Shown piece by piece: positions 11,365 through 22,011 of a stretch of DNA of 36,289 nucleotides. The DNA lies in assembly GCA_032718475.1 (NCBI GenBank), contig JAUCBJ010005070.1, forward strand, positions 1 to 36,289, read 5' to 3'. A program made the position numbers and the translations under genes. The stretch is from Nemertoderma westbladi. Its lineage: Eukaryota > Animalia > Xenacoelomorpha. The notes under the pieces were generated by a model. That model was not told the origin of the DNA, made no database searches, and saw nothing but the letters and a program-made list of their open reading frames with translations. Within the stretch, counting starts at the first letter, position 1, and each line of letters begins with the position of its first letter.

Positions 11365-11633
11365 AAGTAAGTAAATTTTCTTCGGCCGCTAGGCCAGGGA
11401 TTACGCACAAAGTCTGACGACTTATTTCCAGTGCGGTCCCCCCAGAACTTTACTCCCCAGAGGAAACTCCAGTACTCATTTAGCTACCACTTAAGGATGC
11501 AAGGCAGAGATGCGCCCTGGCTGGTCCCTTTAAAGCATTCGTGCCAAAACGAAAACTGCCCTGGCCCATGTGAGGATCGAACCCACGACCTACGGGAGAT
11601 GTGAATTCAATGCAACCACTACACCAAGGTGGA
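11365..11633 (-). mobile_element. tRNA-derived SINE with a LINE-like 3' stem-loop and (TTAC)n tail
   Basis: Minus strand has A-box TGGTGTAGTGG, B-box GGTTCGATCC, a central CATCCTTAAGTGGTAGCTAAATGAGTAC (Deu/Nin-domain-like, from memory), a stem-loop at 11398-11439 and tail TTTACTTACTT. Confidence 0.8.
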
Positions 11634-12805
11634 ACCTACGATTTAATTGGTTACAAGTAATTGAAGCTGTTAATCTTTTAATTCATTGTTTCTGTTTGTG
11701 CTGATTAGTTAGCCAATATGTTAATCACTTACCGTAACGATAATCTAAACTGTGTTACTATAATCAGTTTAACTGCCTAGTGGTAGGTAGAGCTGTAGAG
11801 TGGTATAACGGTAGGTACAGGAGTTAAGTACATTAGTGCAATAATTAATACATTGTGTTGTAATCATTATATATTATGGCGGAATGGAGCCAATTAATAA
11901 TACAAAAATGATTAATATATGTTTGGGTCGACCATATATTATTCAATTTTTTTTATTAATGAGAACAATTTAGCCATTATGTAGTTAATTATGTATGTAC
12001 CAGTATATTACCTACCAGTATGTTTGTATTTATCAGTTGTAAGTAGTGTTGTACAGTTGTATGGTAAATCTGTAAGGCAAAACCTATATTTCACTTTACT
12101 TCATTGTGTTAATCCTTAATATAATCAATCAGTGCTGTTTACTGGTGCGTTAGTCCATTTCGTAGTTCACTATGGTGTCCTATAATATAGTGTGGATTTT
12201 ACACCCCTCCTAGCTTATTCAAAATATCTCCTAGATGTTCTAGTTATGTATTTGTTGTTTTTGTTAGTTTTTTATATTTTCTATCCATATAAACTGCATT
12301 TAGCATTCAATGAAAGCGCTATCATCCAAAAAATAAAACTTCAAATTTTACAGTTTTTTAGCAGATTTTGTAGTGCTTGTATTTTGTCCTAATCCATTGT
12401 TTTGGGCTATTTTTTTTTTGCCCTGTTTGTATAGTTTTTTTTTTAATTTCCAATGGTGCCCACAATAGGGGGTATCTTAGAGCAAAAATCAACCTAATTT
12501 ACATTTTAAAAGGTCTGTTGAAGAGAAGGTTAAAATGTCCACTTTGGGGTAAAACTGTTTTTTTTACCTTAAAGTGGGCACTTTTTTAAAATTTTAAAAA
12601 AATATATAAAAACTTGAAATAAAATAAATTGTTAAAGATTTATTGAGTAGATTAGATGTCAAAGTTTCATTTAATTATATTTAGTGATAGGCCTCTTAAA
12701 ATTAAAATATAATATATTGCAGTTTTTTAAAAAGTATGGCCACATTAGGGTGTCAACGGTAGCTACTATAGGCCTACCGGTAATAATAACAACATATCCC
12801 CGACT

Positions 12806-13011
12806 TCCATATTACAGCCTCATGGATCTTCACCCAGATCAAACACTATTGAGCATCAAACTTCAGGCTCAGGTCTTAAGAAGTTGTATCCAAAATCAGT
12901 TCCTGTGTCACGCTTAATGAAGGCCAGAAAATTGAGCCTGGGCACATACGAAACGGCTGAGATTGAGTTACAGGAGTTTGATATAGAGAATTCGACTTGG
13001 GGGTCCTAAGA
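12806..13011 (+). pseudogene. Exon-like fragment resembling the region upstream of alpha-kinase domains in invertebrate proteins
   Basis: Open frame ...KKLYPKSVPVSRLMKARKL...EIELQEFDIENSTWGS; resemblance recalled from memory only. Confidence 0.3.
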
Positions 13012-13104
13012 GTAAGGTTATTGTATTCATAATATTATTATTTTAATTTGATCATTTACTTAAATCCGTCACCGCTTTATTTAAAAATTTCTCCCACCAC
13101 CTTA

Positions 13105-13552
13105 CCCGCTTATCCCGCTATCACCATCCGCCCAATCTTCTTCCTGATCCTCAGCATCATTACCACCACCACCATCACCCAACATCTCCATCATTCCTTC
13201 CAACTTTGACCAACTTCCAACCGATTGATTCTCTCCTCCATCGCTTTCTCCCGCGCACATCTCTCCGCCTCCCGCGCTCTCCTATCCCCCTCCGCCTCCA
13301 TTTCTAATGTCCAATCTTCTCCCCACGCGCTGTTCTTCCTCGCCTCTTCCTCCAAATAATTTTTTTTTCTATCTCCTCCCACTCATTCCTTGGATTTAAC
13401 AATCTTTCTAGCCGCGCTTCTTCTCTCTCCCTCACATACATTGCTACCAATATCTCTTCGTTCTCCTTCGCTACATCCTCATCTTCCTCCTCTTCCTCCA
13501 CATCCATATCCACTTCATCCACGGCAAGCTCATTTTCTCCCAACATATTCAC
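13105..13552 (-). pseudogene. Acidic, Glu-rich helical protein of unknown function (frameshifted)
   Basis: ORFs 13304-13552 and 13191-13382 join through a slip in a poly-A run (EIEKK/NYLEEE). A further shifted acidic tail ends near 13110. Confidence 0.5.
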
Positions 13553-13775
13553 GTATAATAAATAAATGTGTATATAATAATAATAATAATAATGTATAAT
13601 ACTATAAATAAGAAATTTATATAATATTTATTTCAATCGATAATTCATTATACCAACAAATAATTTACCACCACAAAATAATAATAATAATAATTTAACC
13701 GTGTCCGGCTCGTTGCAGCGACACTGCCTATGAACATGGTCTATTTATATAATAAAGTTTCTACCGCTCGAAGAT

Positions 13776-15067
13776 TCACACTGAATGTTTATTCTTCTTT
13801 ATTTGAGGTTGCCCATTAGTCTTGATTTCATTGAAAATGTCTTCACCATCATCCGTATCATTGACGATGTCCTCTTCAAAGTCGCCGATATCTTCATACG
13901 CATAGCTTGGTGTTTTATTCACGATGAGATCAATTTTTCGCTTAAGCGTTGTTCTTTCATGGCTTTAGGTGTTTTCATCTTCATCTGAGCGCTCACACCC
14001 CCAATGAGGGTATCAATATCCTTATAATCATTTTTTTTTTCAGCGCCGTTTACCCATTCATTTTCTGCAATCGCGGGCAACCAGATTTTTTTCTCATCCA
14101 TTTTCTTAGCAGTGACTTTTACTGCTTCGTACGTCTTCAGCTGACTAGCGTTGTTCGGCATTTCCACTTTCATTAGTTCCTCGTCCGCTAATTCATCAAT
14201 CGCAGCCTCAACAACTAACTTTTTAATCGGTAGAAACTCACACCCAGACGGAATATCGTGGCCCGCATACTTCTGTAATTGCTTAATTATCTTGACATTT
14301 GTGTTGTTTCGAGGGATGAAAATAACCTTGGTGTCGAAGTTGTGGGACAAATATATCCCATTTTCGTTAACGGTTGATGTGTACCTCATACTAACCTCAT
14401 CGATATTCTCGTTAACATTCTTATCTATGTTAAAGTCGAGCAAACAGAATTCATCCGCTCTGAGATTCAACCCATCGTAATATAGAACACCCTTCCATTG
14501 TCTACCTATATCATCCGCTTCCCAAACGCCGACAAATCGTTGCCCTTCAAAGTCGTAGATATATCCAATGTACCCACAATCTTCGAACTCCATAAAATTA
14601 TCACCGTGAATTTCCTTTTTCTTCGGTTCAATACGGGAAAGAACGACTTTGCCGTAGATGCTTTGTAAGACATCTAGAATTTTTAGGGAGATAAAAATTG
14701 ATGCGCCGTTTTTCCCAATGCGTAAGTACGCATGATTTATTGGCGTTATAAGCAAATTGCCTCTGGTGTATTCCTTGTAATATTCAATGGCTATTTTCTT
14801 ATAATTGAGGAAGTCAAATAGGAATCTTATGTTCTGGTAAGTAAGACTTACCGATTCTTGCACGACGTTGCATCCTTTGGTATCACCCCAATGGTTGAAT
14901 CGAACGTATTTCCCGTTAAATGCTTTTATTTCTATTCCTTCCCCCAAACACTCGAGGCCCCACACACTCTTACCTGTAATCACCGATACGTATGGGGCGG
15001 GCGCACTATCAGTAGAGCTACCGCTTAATGACATCATTTTTGGTTGTGATGGTTTCACAGATTCCAT
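13776..15067 (-). CDS. Putative tandem PC4-like (ssDNA-binding / coactivator fold) protein with an acidic C-terminal tail; probable late frameshift
   Basis: 383-aa ORF with two segments like the PC4 pattern: KAFNGKYVRF...SVSLTYQNIRFL and YDFEGQRFVGVW...DGLNLRADEFCLL. An alternative frame continues ...YEDIGDFEEDIVNDTDDGEDIF...HSV to a stop at 13776. Confidence 0.5.
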
Positions 15068-15189
15068 CAATAAATTTTGCGAAATATTAATAATTAAGTG
15101 TAAAAATACAATAATATCACGCTATACAATGTGCGAAAAATATGAATAATGAATTATAACCCGAATGACGAAATAAAGTATTTTACGAC

Positions 15190-15620
15190 GTATTTATAAT
15201 ATAATGATGGGCTATCGGGAAAACTGGTATATTTTAACCACTCAACCGGATTAATTGCTATTGTCCTGAGAGAATTTTTTTTGAAAAACTTCCTAAATTT
15301 CAAAGGAAATATTTATTTACGCTTAAATTGGTTGACGTAAGTAGTAACAGCTTGCGGTGGCGATTAATGCGACCTATATAAATTTTTATAGACACACCCC
15401 CGAATTTCCACAGAATATTACTCACGGTTAAATTGATTGACGTCAACTGTATTAACTGTGTAGCTTCTTAGAAGTTTCATAATTTTAAGCATGAGCGAAT
15501 TTAATTTAATGTCGGCATCGTAAACTTTCTCTCCCGATGGATATTTTTCTGTAATCATTTACTAAAAACGAATGATTGCGGCGCGCGAACGACGTTTTAA
15601 AGACACACCCATTATAAATA
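15190..15620. promoter_or_regulatory. Divergent promoter region between the PC4-like and dUTPase-like genes
   Basis: TATAAATA pointing outward on each side (15191-15198 minus, 15613-15620 plus). Duplicated TTAAATTG(G/A)TTGACGT(A/C)A at 15323 and 15428, the second a perfect CRE (TGACGTCA). Duplicated AGACACACCC at 15390 and 15601. Confidence 0.55.
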
Positions 15621-15654
15621 TACCCATTGGTCAAAATATTATTGATTAAGCGAC

Positions 15655-16312
15655 ATGACAATACTGGGGCAGCTTGAGTCTATAGATAAGATCATTTTTT
15701 CAAATATATTATTCATTGTTACCTTTCTTTTCGGAATATTTTTAGGTAAAATACGCCGTAATAAAAAAATGTTTCCAATAATACAAGCTAAAAATAGTTA
15801 CCGCGGTCCTAATTCAATTATTCCAATTAAAATTGAATTGTTAAGCCCCGCAGCTCGGGCGCCTGTATGTGGCTCATATAGTCCCGATGGGATTGATATA
15901 TATAGCGCCGTGAATAGAACAATAGAGCTGCACTCACGAATGTTAATTGAGATGGGTGTTAAAATATATTTACCCGCCAATTATTTTGGAAGAATTACAC
16001 CGACTTTTAGCTTGACAAAAATTGGCATTGATGTTGCAGAATGTGCGGTCGATTCCAATAATTACAAGTTGATCTATATTACCACGCGCGCGTGGTAATA
16101 TAGATCAACTTGTAATTATATTGATTAACAACACATCTAAGGAATACGTTGTAACATCGGGCGATAAAATATGCCAGCTTATATGCCAACAATGTAATGC
16201 GGCAATACTATACGTTTCTAATATTTATTCGGATGATTATTTTGGGCTTTTAGCGACGAATTTAACGCTGTATGGGGAAGAGATTAATTCAGCATTTCAC
16301 CGCACATATTAA
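15655..16312 (+). pseudogene. dUTPase-like protein with N-terminal hydrophobic helix, interrupted by an inverted duplication
   Basis: APVCGSYSPDGIDIYS, LPANYFGRITP, GIDVAECAVDSN..RGNI, LINNTSKEYVVTSGDKICQLI follow trimeric dUTPase motifs I-IV. Motif II RSG reads TFS and motif V is absent. Confidence 0.85.
16058..16119. repeat. Perfect 62-bp palindrome
   Basis: ATAATTACAAGTTGATCTATATTACCACGCG followed directly by CGCGTGGTAATATAGATCAACTTGTAATTAT. Confidence 0.97.
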
Positions 16313-16605
16313 ATATGTGACATTAAACGCATAACACAAAACTCGGGTGGTGACACATGTCAATACTATTTCAATACTCTTACACGCGATTATACAACAT
16401 AGTTAATAGAGCATATAAATAGGATAATTGTCAGTTCAGTAAATTTTGGTTGGTTAAATGGTTTCTAGCGCGGGTGGCTGACTGGGTATTGGATATATTT
16501 ATCTACATAAAATCTGCCGCATCTCTTTCATCGGCATATTGTAAATATGTTTTCTGTACCTACGTTAATAAATATATTATAATCGTAATAATAATAATAA
16601 TTATA

Positions 16606-19600
16606 ATGATGGAGATTAATTGCGTTTTTTGCGGTTGTACTATACTTAAGAAAAATTATTTATGGCATTTACGCACACATTTCGATGGGTATGTTTGCGA
16701 TAATTGTAATTGCCAAACTACTTCTGAAAGAATAGCAATATTTCACAGTAATAGATGTTGCGGGTTGTCTTGCCCGAATTACACCTACCGTGGTTACGCT
16801 CTATCCTGCCCAACATGCTCTGATGATTTTGAAAACTTTGATTCATATATCGAACATAGTTGCCATCAAAACCATTACAATTCCCGCAAACGCAAACATA
16901 ACCAAAAACAATCAGAACCGATATTTCAATCGAATCTCAACGTTGGTTCGCCTGTAAGCATTACAAACAGCTCAGATACACCCAACGAAGGTTTTCATCT
17001 CAAAAACATGTCACGAATCACGCGTTCAGGAATATACTCATAATGTACCATCTAATGAGATGTATCCGGATGTGCCGAATTATTTAAATTATATGGGGAT
17101 ATATGCTTCGCGCGCTTTTAACACGGCTGCATCGGCTTTTATTGATATGTTTTTTAAAGTGTGTGTGATTGCTTCGGTGATAATGGAACGTGATGATGCT
17201 AATTATACTTTACAAGAAGAATTCCATTTTACTTCGATAGGTACAGATAATTATATTGAAAATAGCTTGGATTTTGAAGAATGGTACTACACAGTCATTT
17301 CCCATATCGGTGAAAAAATATCGCAATTTATTAGGCGGGGTAGTGGTTGGAAACTTGTAACTCTATCGTGCATCAAACTTACTATTGCGTCATACTTGCG
17401 ATCGGTATATCGTTTTGGACATAGTGGTGATGCCAACCAATCAATCCCGACAAAATAAAAAATAAACATTGTATAATAAATGTACCGTGTAATGAAGGTG
17501 AATGTTTTAAGTGGGCGGTCCTGACAGCAAAATTTTCAAAACATATATCGGATGATCACACACTGTGCCATATTTCACTCCAAAGTTCTTATAATCAGTA
17601 TTTAGGGTTTTTTAATTTAAGCGAATTAGATTCTACCCTATCATGGAAACTAAATATTCTAAATTTTGAAAAAAATAATCCAAATTATTTAATAAATTTA
17701 TTGTATTTCGATAGAAGTAGCGAAAAAATGTCCTTTCTACGAGAACCGAGCGCTAAAAAAGCTGAAGGTAAAAGATTGCTAAATTTATTGCTTATTGAAC
17801 GTCAAAATTTAACCTTAACAAATCACATCGTCGGGGTTTCCAACTTAAATAGATTATTTAATGGTCGCGGGGAAGGCAATAGCGACACTCATTGTCTTCG
17901 TTGTGAGCGGTGTATTCGTGGCTTCTACAGTCCAAATGCGTTAAAACGCCATAGATTGTGGTGTTGGCAAGGTGGACGTCAAATAGAGGAGATGCCATCT
18001 AAACTGAATTTACACTTTACTAATTACTATGTGAGTACACCTTTTATAGTATATATGGATTTCGAATTTACGCTTTACTAATTACTATGTGAGTACACCT
18101 TTTATAGTATATATGGATTTCGAAGTGGTACTAGCCCCAACAAATAATGTAAAAAAATATTATATAGCCGAACATCTCCCGTCGGCCGTTTCATATTTGA
18201 TTGTCCCCAATAGCGAATTAATTAACCCACCAAATTATTTTTTGTCTACATTTAGACAAAATATCGATAATAACTCGGTACAGAATTTTATCGATAGTCT
18301 GGTTTTTGATTTATTTAAGTGTTATGAATGGTCTACCTTTAACACACACCACCCCAAACACCTGGATCACACACAATACCAAGCTTATATGCGTAACGCA
18401 AATTGCTTTAATTGTAAATCATTTTTTCGGGAAGATATAAATCCAAGTGTAATGCATCAGAACCATTACAACAGGGCTTTCATTGGTGCGGCATGTATTT
18501 CCTGTAATAAACAATTAAGTGTTAAACGTCACCTATTCCCAGTTGTCTGTCATAATTTTTTTTTATGATTCACATTTAATTTTACAAAAAGGGTTTGCCG
18601 GTAGTAAATATAAAAACTGGAACATTGAAACTATTGCAAAAAATACTGAAAGATATATCTCACTTCGCATAGATATTCCAATGTCAGAAGCACTTAGCGT
18701 GCTTGGTTATGCTATTCCAGAAAAGGACGTAAGAGGGCTCCCAACCAGCAAATCAATAACTATACAGGTTATTGATTCATTCGCGTTTATGGGATTTTCC
18801 CTTTCTGCTTTGGCTGGGTTTTTGACAAAAGATGTATCAGATTTAACAACCGTTATTCCACATACGGTGAAGCAAATGAGAAAATTATATCCAAATGTTA
18901 CCAACGAAATTTTACGTCGTAAGTCAGTTTTTCCTTACGAATATGTCGATTCCTTAAGTAAATTGGGGGATACTAAATTACCGCATCCAAAAGAGTTTTA
19001 CAGCGAATTAACATTATCATCTATTAGCCCTGAAAAAACTAAATCTAAACTAAATTGAATTTACGCTTTACTAATTACTATGTGAGTACACCTTTTATAG
19101 TATATATGGATTTCGAATTTACGCTTTACTAATTACTATATGAGTACACCTTTTATAGTATATATGGATTTCGAAGTGGTTCTAGCCCCAACAAATAATG
19201 TAAAAAAATATTATATAGCCGAACATCTCCCATCGGCCGTTTCATATTTGATTGTCCCCAATAGCGAATTAATTAACCCACCAAATTATTTTTTGTCTAC
19301 ATTTAGACAAAATATCGATAATAACTCGGTACAGAATTTTATCGATAGTCTGGTTTTTGATTTATTTAAGTGTTATGAATGGTCTACCTTTAACACACAC
19401 CACCCCAAACACCTGGATCACACACAATACCAAGCTTATATGCGTACCGCAAATTGCTTTAATTGTAAATCATTTTTTCGGGAAGATATAAATCCAAGTG
19501 TAATGCATTACAACGGGGCTTTCTTTGGCTGGGTTTTTGACAAAAGATGTATCAGATTTAACAACCGTTATTCCGCACACTGTGAAGCAAATGAGAAAAT

Positions 19601-21437
19601 TATATCCAAATGTTACCAACGAAATTTTACGTCGTAAGTCAGTTTTTCCTTACCAATATGTCGATTCCTTAAGTAAATTGGGGGATACTAAATTACCGCA
19701 TCCAAAAGAGTTTTATAGCGAATTAACATTATCATCTATTAGCCCTGAAAAATATACATTTGCTCATCTTTCGTGGGAACAATTTGAATGTGAGACACTT
19801 TTTGATTATTTGGAAGCTTACTTACATCTTGACGTGTTGCTGCTAGCCGATATTTTTGAAAATTTTCGCGCTTATTGTACTAAACATTATTCGCTTGAGA
19901 TCTCGAACTATTACACGATGGCGGGGGTTAGTTGGGATGCGGCTTTGAGATTTTCCAAGTCACATATTTGTCTACTTGCAGACCATGAAATGTATTTAAC
20001 ATTCGAAAATTCCATTAGGGGCGGAGTTTCTTACACCAACCTTCATATGGCAAATGCGAATATACCAGGCACAGAAACATACGACCCTAATAAACCTGAA
20101 GCTCATTTATATAATTTAGATTTCAACAGTTTATATAGCGGTTCATTGTTGGAGAAACTTCCTTATTTTGACTTTGAATGGTTGGATGTTGATAGTGTCG
20201 ATATCATGAGTCTGGAAATTGATGATATATATGGTTATTTTGCTGTTGTAGACCTTGAATACCCAACGACTATTCATGATGCCACAGCGGAGCTTCCATT
20301 TGCACCGGAGCATGTTAAACTCGATAGTAGGTATCTCAGTCCACACATGAAAAGTCTTTGGCGACATTATAATGGTGATAAAATTTTCAATAGTTCAACG
20401 AAAAAATTGATGTTAACCCAATTTGATAAGTATGAGTACGGTGTGCATCTAAAATTATTGCGCTTTTATATTCATCATGGCATGCGCTTGATTAAAGTTC
20501 ATAAACTTATTAGATTTAAGCAAGGTTACATTTTTAAGGACTTTATTGAATATAACACCCAGCAAAGAAAAATAGCAAGCAATGACTTTTATGATAAGTT
20601 TCACAAAGGAACAAATAACGCGCTTTTCGGGAAAAGCATGGAGAATATACGGGACCGTGTCTCATTTCGCTTATGTAATTCAATCGAGAAATGTGACTTA
20701 TTATTATCCAAGCCGAATCACAAAAATTTAATTATGTTCACTGATTCATTATCAGGTCACGTCCTATCTAAAACTGCGGTTTGTTTGCATAAACCTATTT
20801 TTTTAGGCCAAGCTGTATTGGACCTGTCGAAGTTAGATTATTACAGTTTCTTCTACGAGAAATTAATGCCCCTGGAAGCCGAATTAAATTGTAGTATAAA
20901 TTTGTTAGGCGGGGACACGGATTCTTTTTTTTACAGTGTGTTGGTTTATCCCAACACCAATTTTTATCTGCGTTACAATCAAAAAAAGTTTTAGACTGTT
21001 CAAATTATCCTATTACACATCCGCTGTATACAGTAGAACAGAAAGGGAAATATAGATATTTAAAGGATGAAGGGAAGTCTATCCCGTTTGACCATGTTAT
21101 TTTACTTAGACCAAAATGTTATAGCTTTCGTGGGGGGCCAGTTCCAAAACGTGTCACTAAAGGCGTAGGAAAAATGGTTATAAAAAAGAAACTCTCCCAC
21201 GAATCATATTTAAAAGTATATAACGAGGTTAGCGAGCATTACGAATACAGTCAAAGGTTTCAATCTAATTTACATAAAATCTACACCGTTTCACAAAGAA
21301 AAAAATCGCTAACACTGTGGGAAGATAAAAGATACTACACATCGACTAATGAAAGTCTACCTTACGGCCATTATAAATCACATTTGGATCGTAAAGCGCC
21401 TGCCCCTAAGCTTTATATACCGCCCATTATAGAATAG
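16606..21437 (+). pseudogene. pPolB: Protein-primed family B DNA polymerase (Zn fingers, terminal-protein region, vOTU-like, exonuclease with endonuclease VII-like insert, polymerase); fragmented and partly duplicated
   Basis: RRGSGW, NEGECFKWAVL, PFIVYMDFE, HNFF/YDSHLI, DSFAFM, RKSVFPYEY, DVLLLADIFENFR, IRGG, DFNSLY, KGTNNALFGK, GDTDS, KDE, LRPKCYS, KGV, EDKRY, LPYGH. Confidence 0.96.
18000..19751 (+). repeat. Tandem duplication within pPolB (period 1051 bp); second copy internally deleted
   Basis: ~18000-19036 recurs nearly identically from ~19050. Both copies contain the same 58-bp duplication (18006/18064 and 19057/19115). Copy 2 lacks ~18483-18809. Confidence 0.93.
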
Positions 21438-21446
21438 CGGATTGCG

Positions 21447-22011
21447 ATGTCTTTTAGTGTTGTCAACAGTAATATAAGTTTGAGGTTGGTTGATGGGTGC
21501 ATATCATTCGATGTGCTGGCTAAACGAATTCGAAATGGAAAACTCATCTTAAAGCCTTTTCAATATATCACCAAAATTTGCGGATGGACGTGTCTCTTTT
21601 TCCCGAGCGGTAAGGTCACTGTACTCGGTAAATCGCCTAAAATAAAAAAAATTATTAAGTATATATATAAGCATACTGATTATAAACTAACTTTTATTTC
21701 AATCAATAGCCAAACTTATATTATTAACAATCTAGACATAGACTATAGGAAATTAATGAAAACGGTCGGGTTTCATTTTTTAGATAATTATTATAATGCG
21801 GAGGGAGGTGAAATATGAGCCGGAGATATTTAATAATATTCTTGTGCAGTTTTATCGTCGGGGTAAAACTAGTTCTAATATCATAACATTTTGCATTTTT
21901 TACACACGAAATGTTGTGTGTATGGCAAGACCCGGGATATTTCGAGTATTTTTTCCAAAGTTTTTGAATTTTATTGGTAATTTAGATAGTCATTTAGGTA
22001 GAAATATTTAA
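21447..22011 (+). pseudogene. TATA-binding-protein (TBP)-like protein, one frameshift near 21800
   Basis: Repeat 1: VVN...ISFDVLAKRIRNG...KPF...TCLFFPSGKVTVLG. Repeat 2: SIN...IDYRKL...KYEPEIFNNIL...FCIFYTRNVVCM. These match TBP motifs TALIFSSGKMVCTG, YEPELFPGL and LIFVSGKVVLTG. Confidence 0.8.

Noticed and set aside
11560-11633. Functional tRNA gene
   Set aside because: It has A and B boxes but no proper cloverleaf and continues into a SINE body and tail.
12192-12589. Hydrophobic short ORFs
   Set aside because: By-products of T-rich non-coding sequence with non-ATG starts.
12730-12761. ...GTCAACGG|TA as the right TIR of the pogo element
   Set aside because: Plausible terminus, but I found no matching left TIR in the window.
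21790-21820. Programmed frameshifting or stop read-through in the TBP-like, ATPase or MCP genes
   Set aside because: Most genes of the element carry lesions, so neutral decay or sequence error is simpler.
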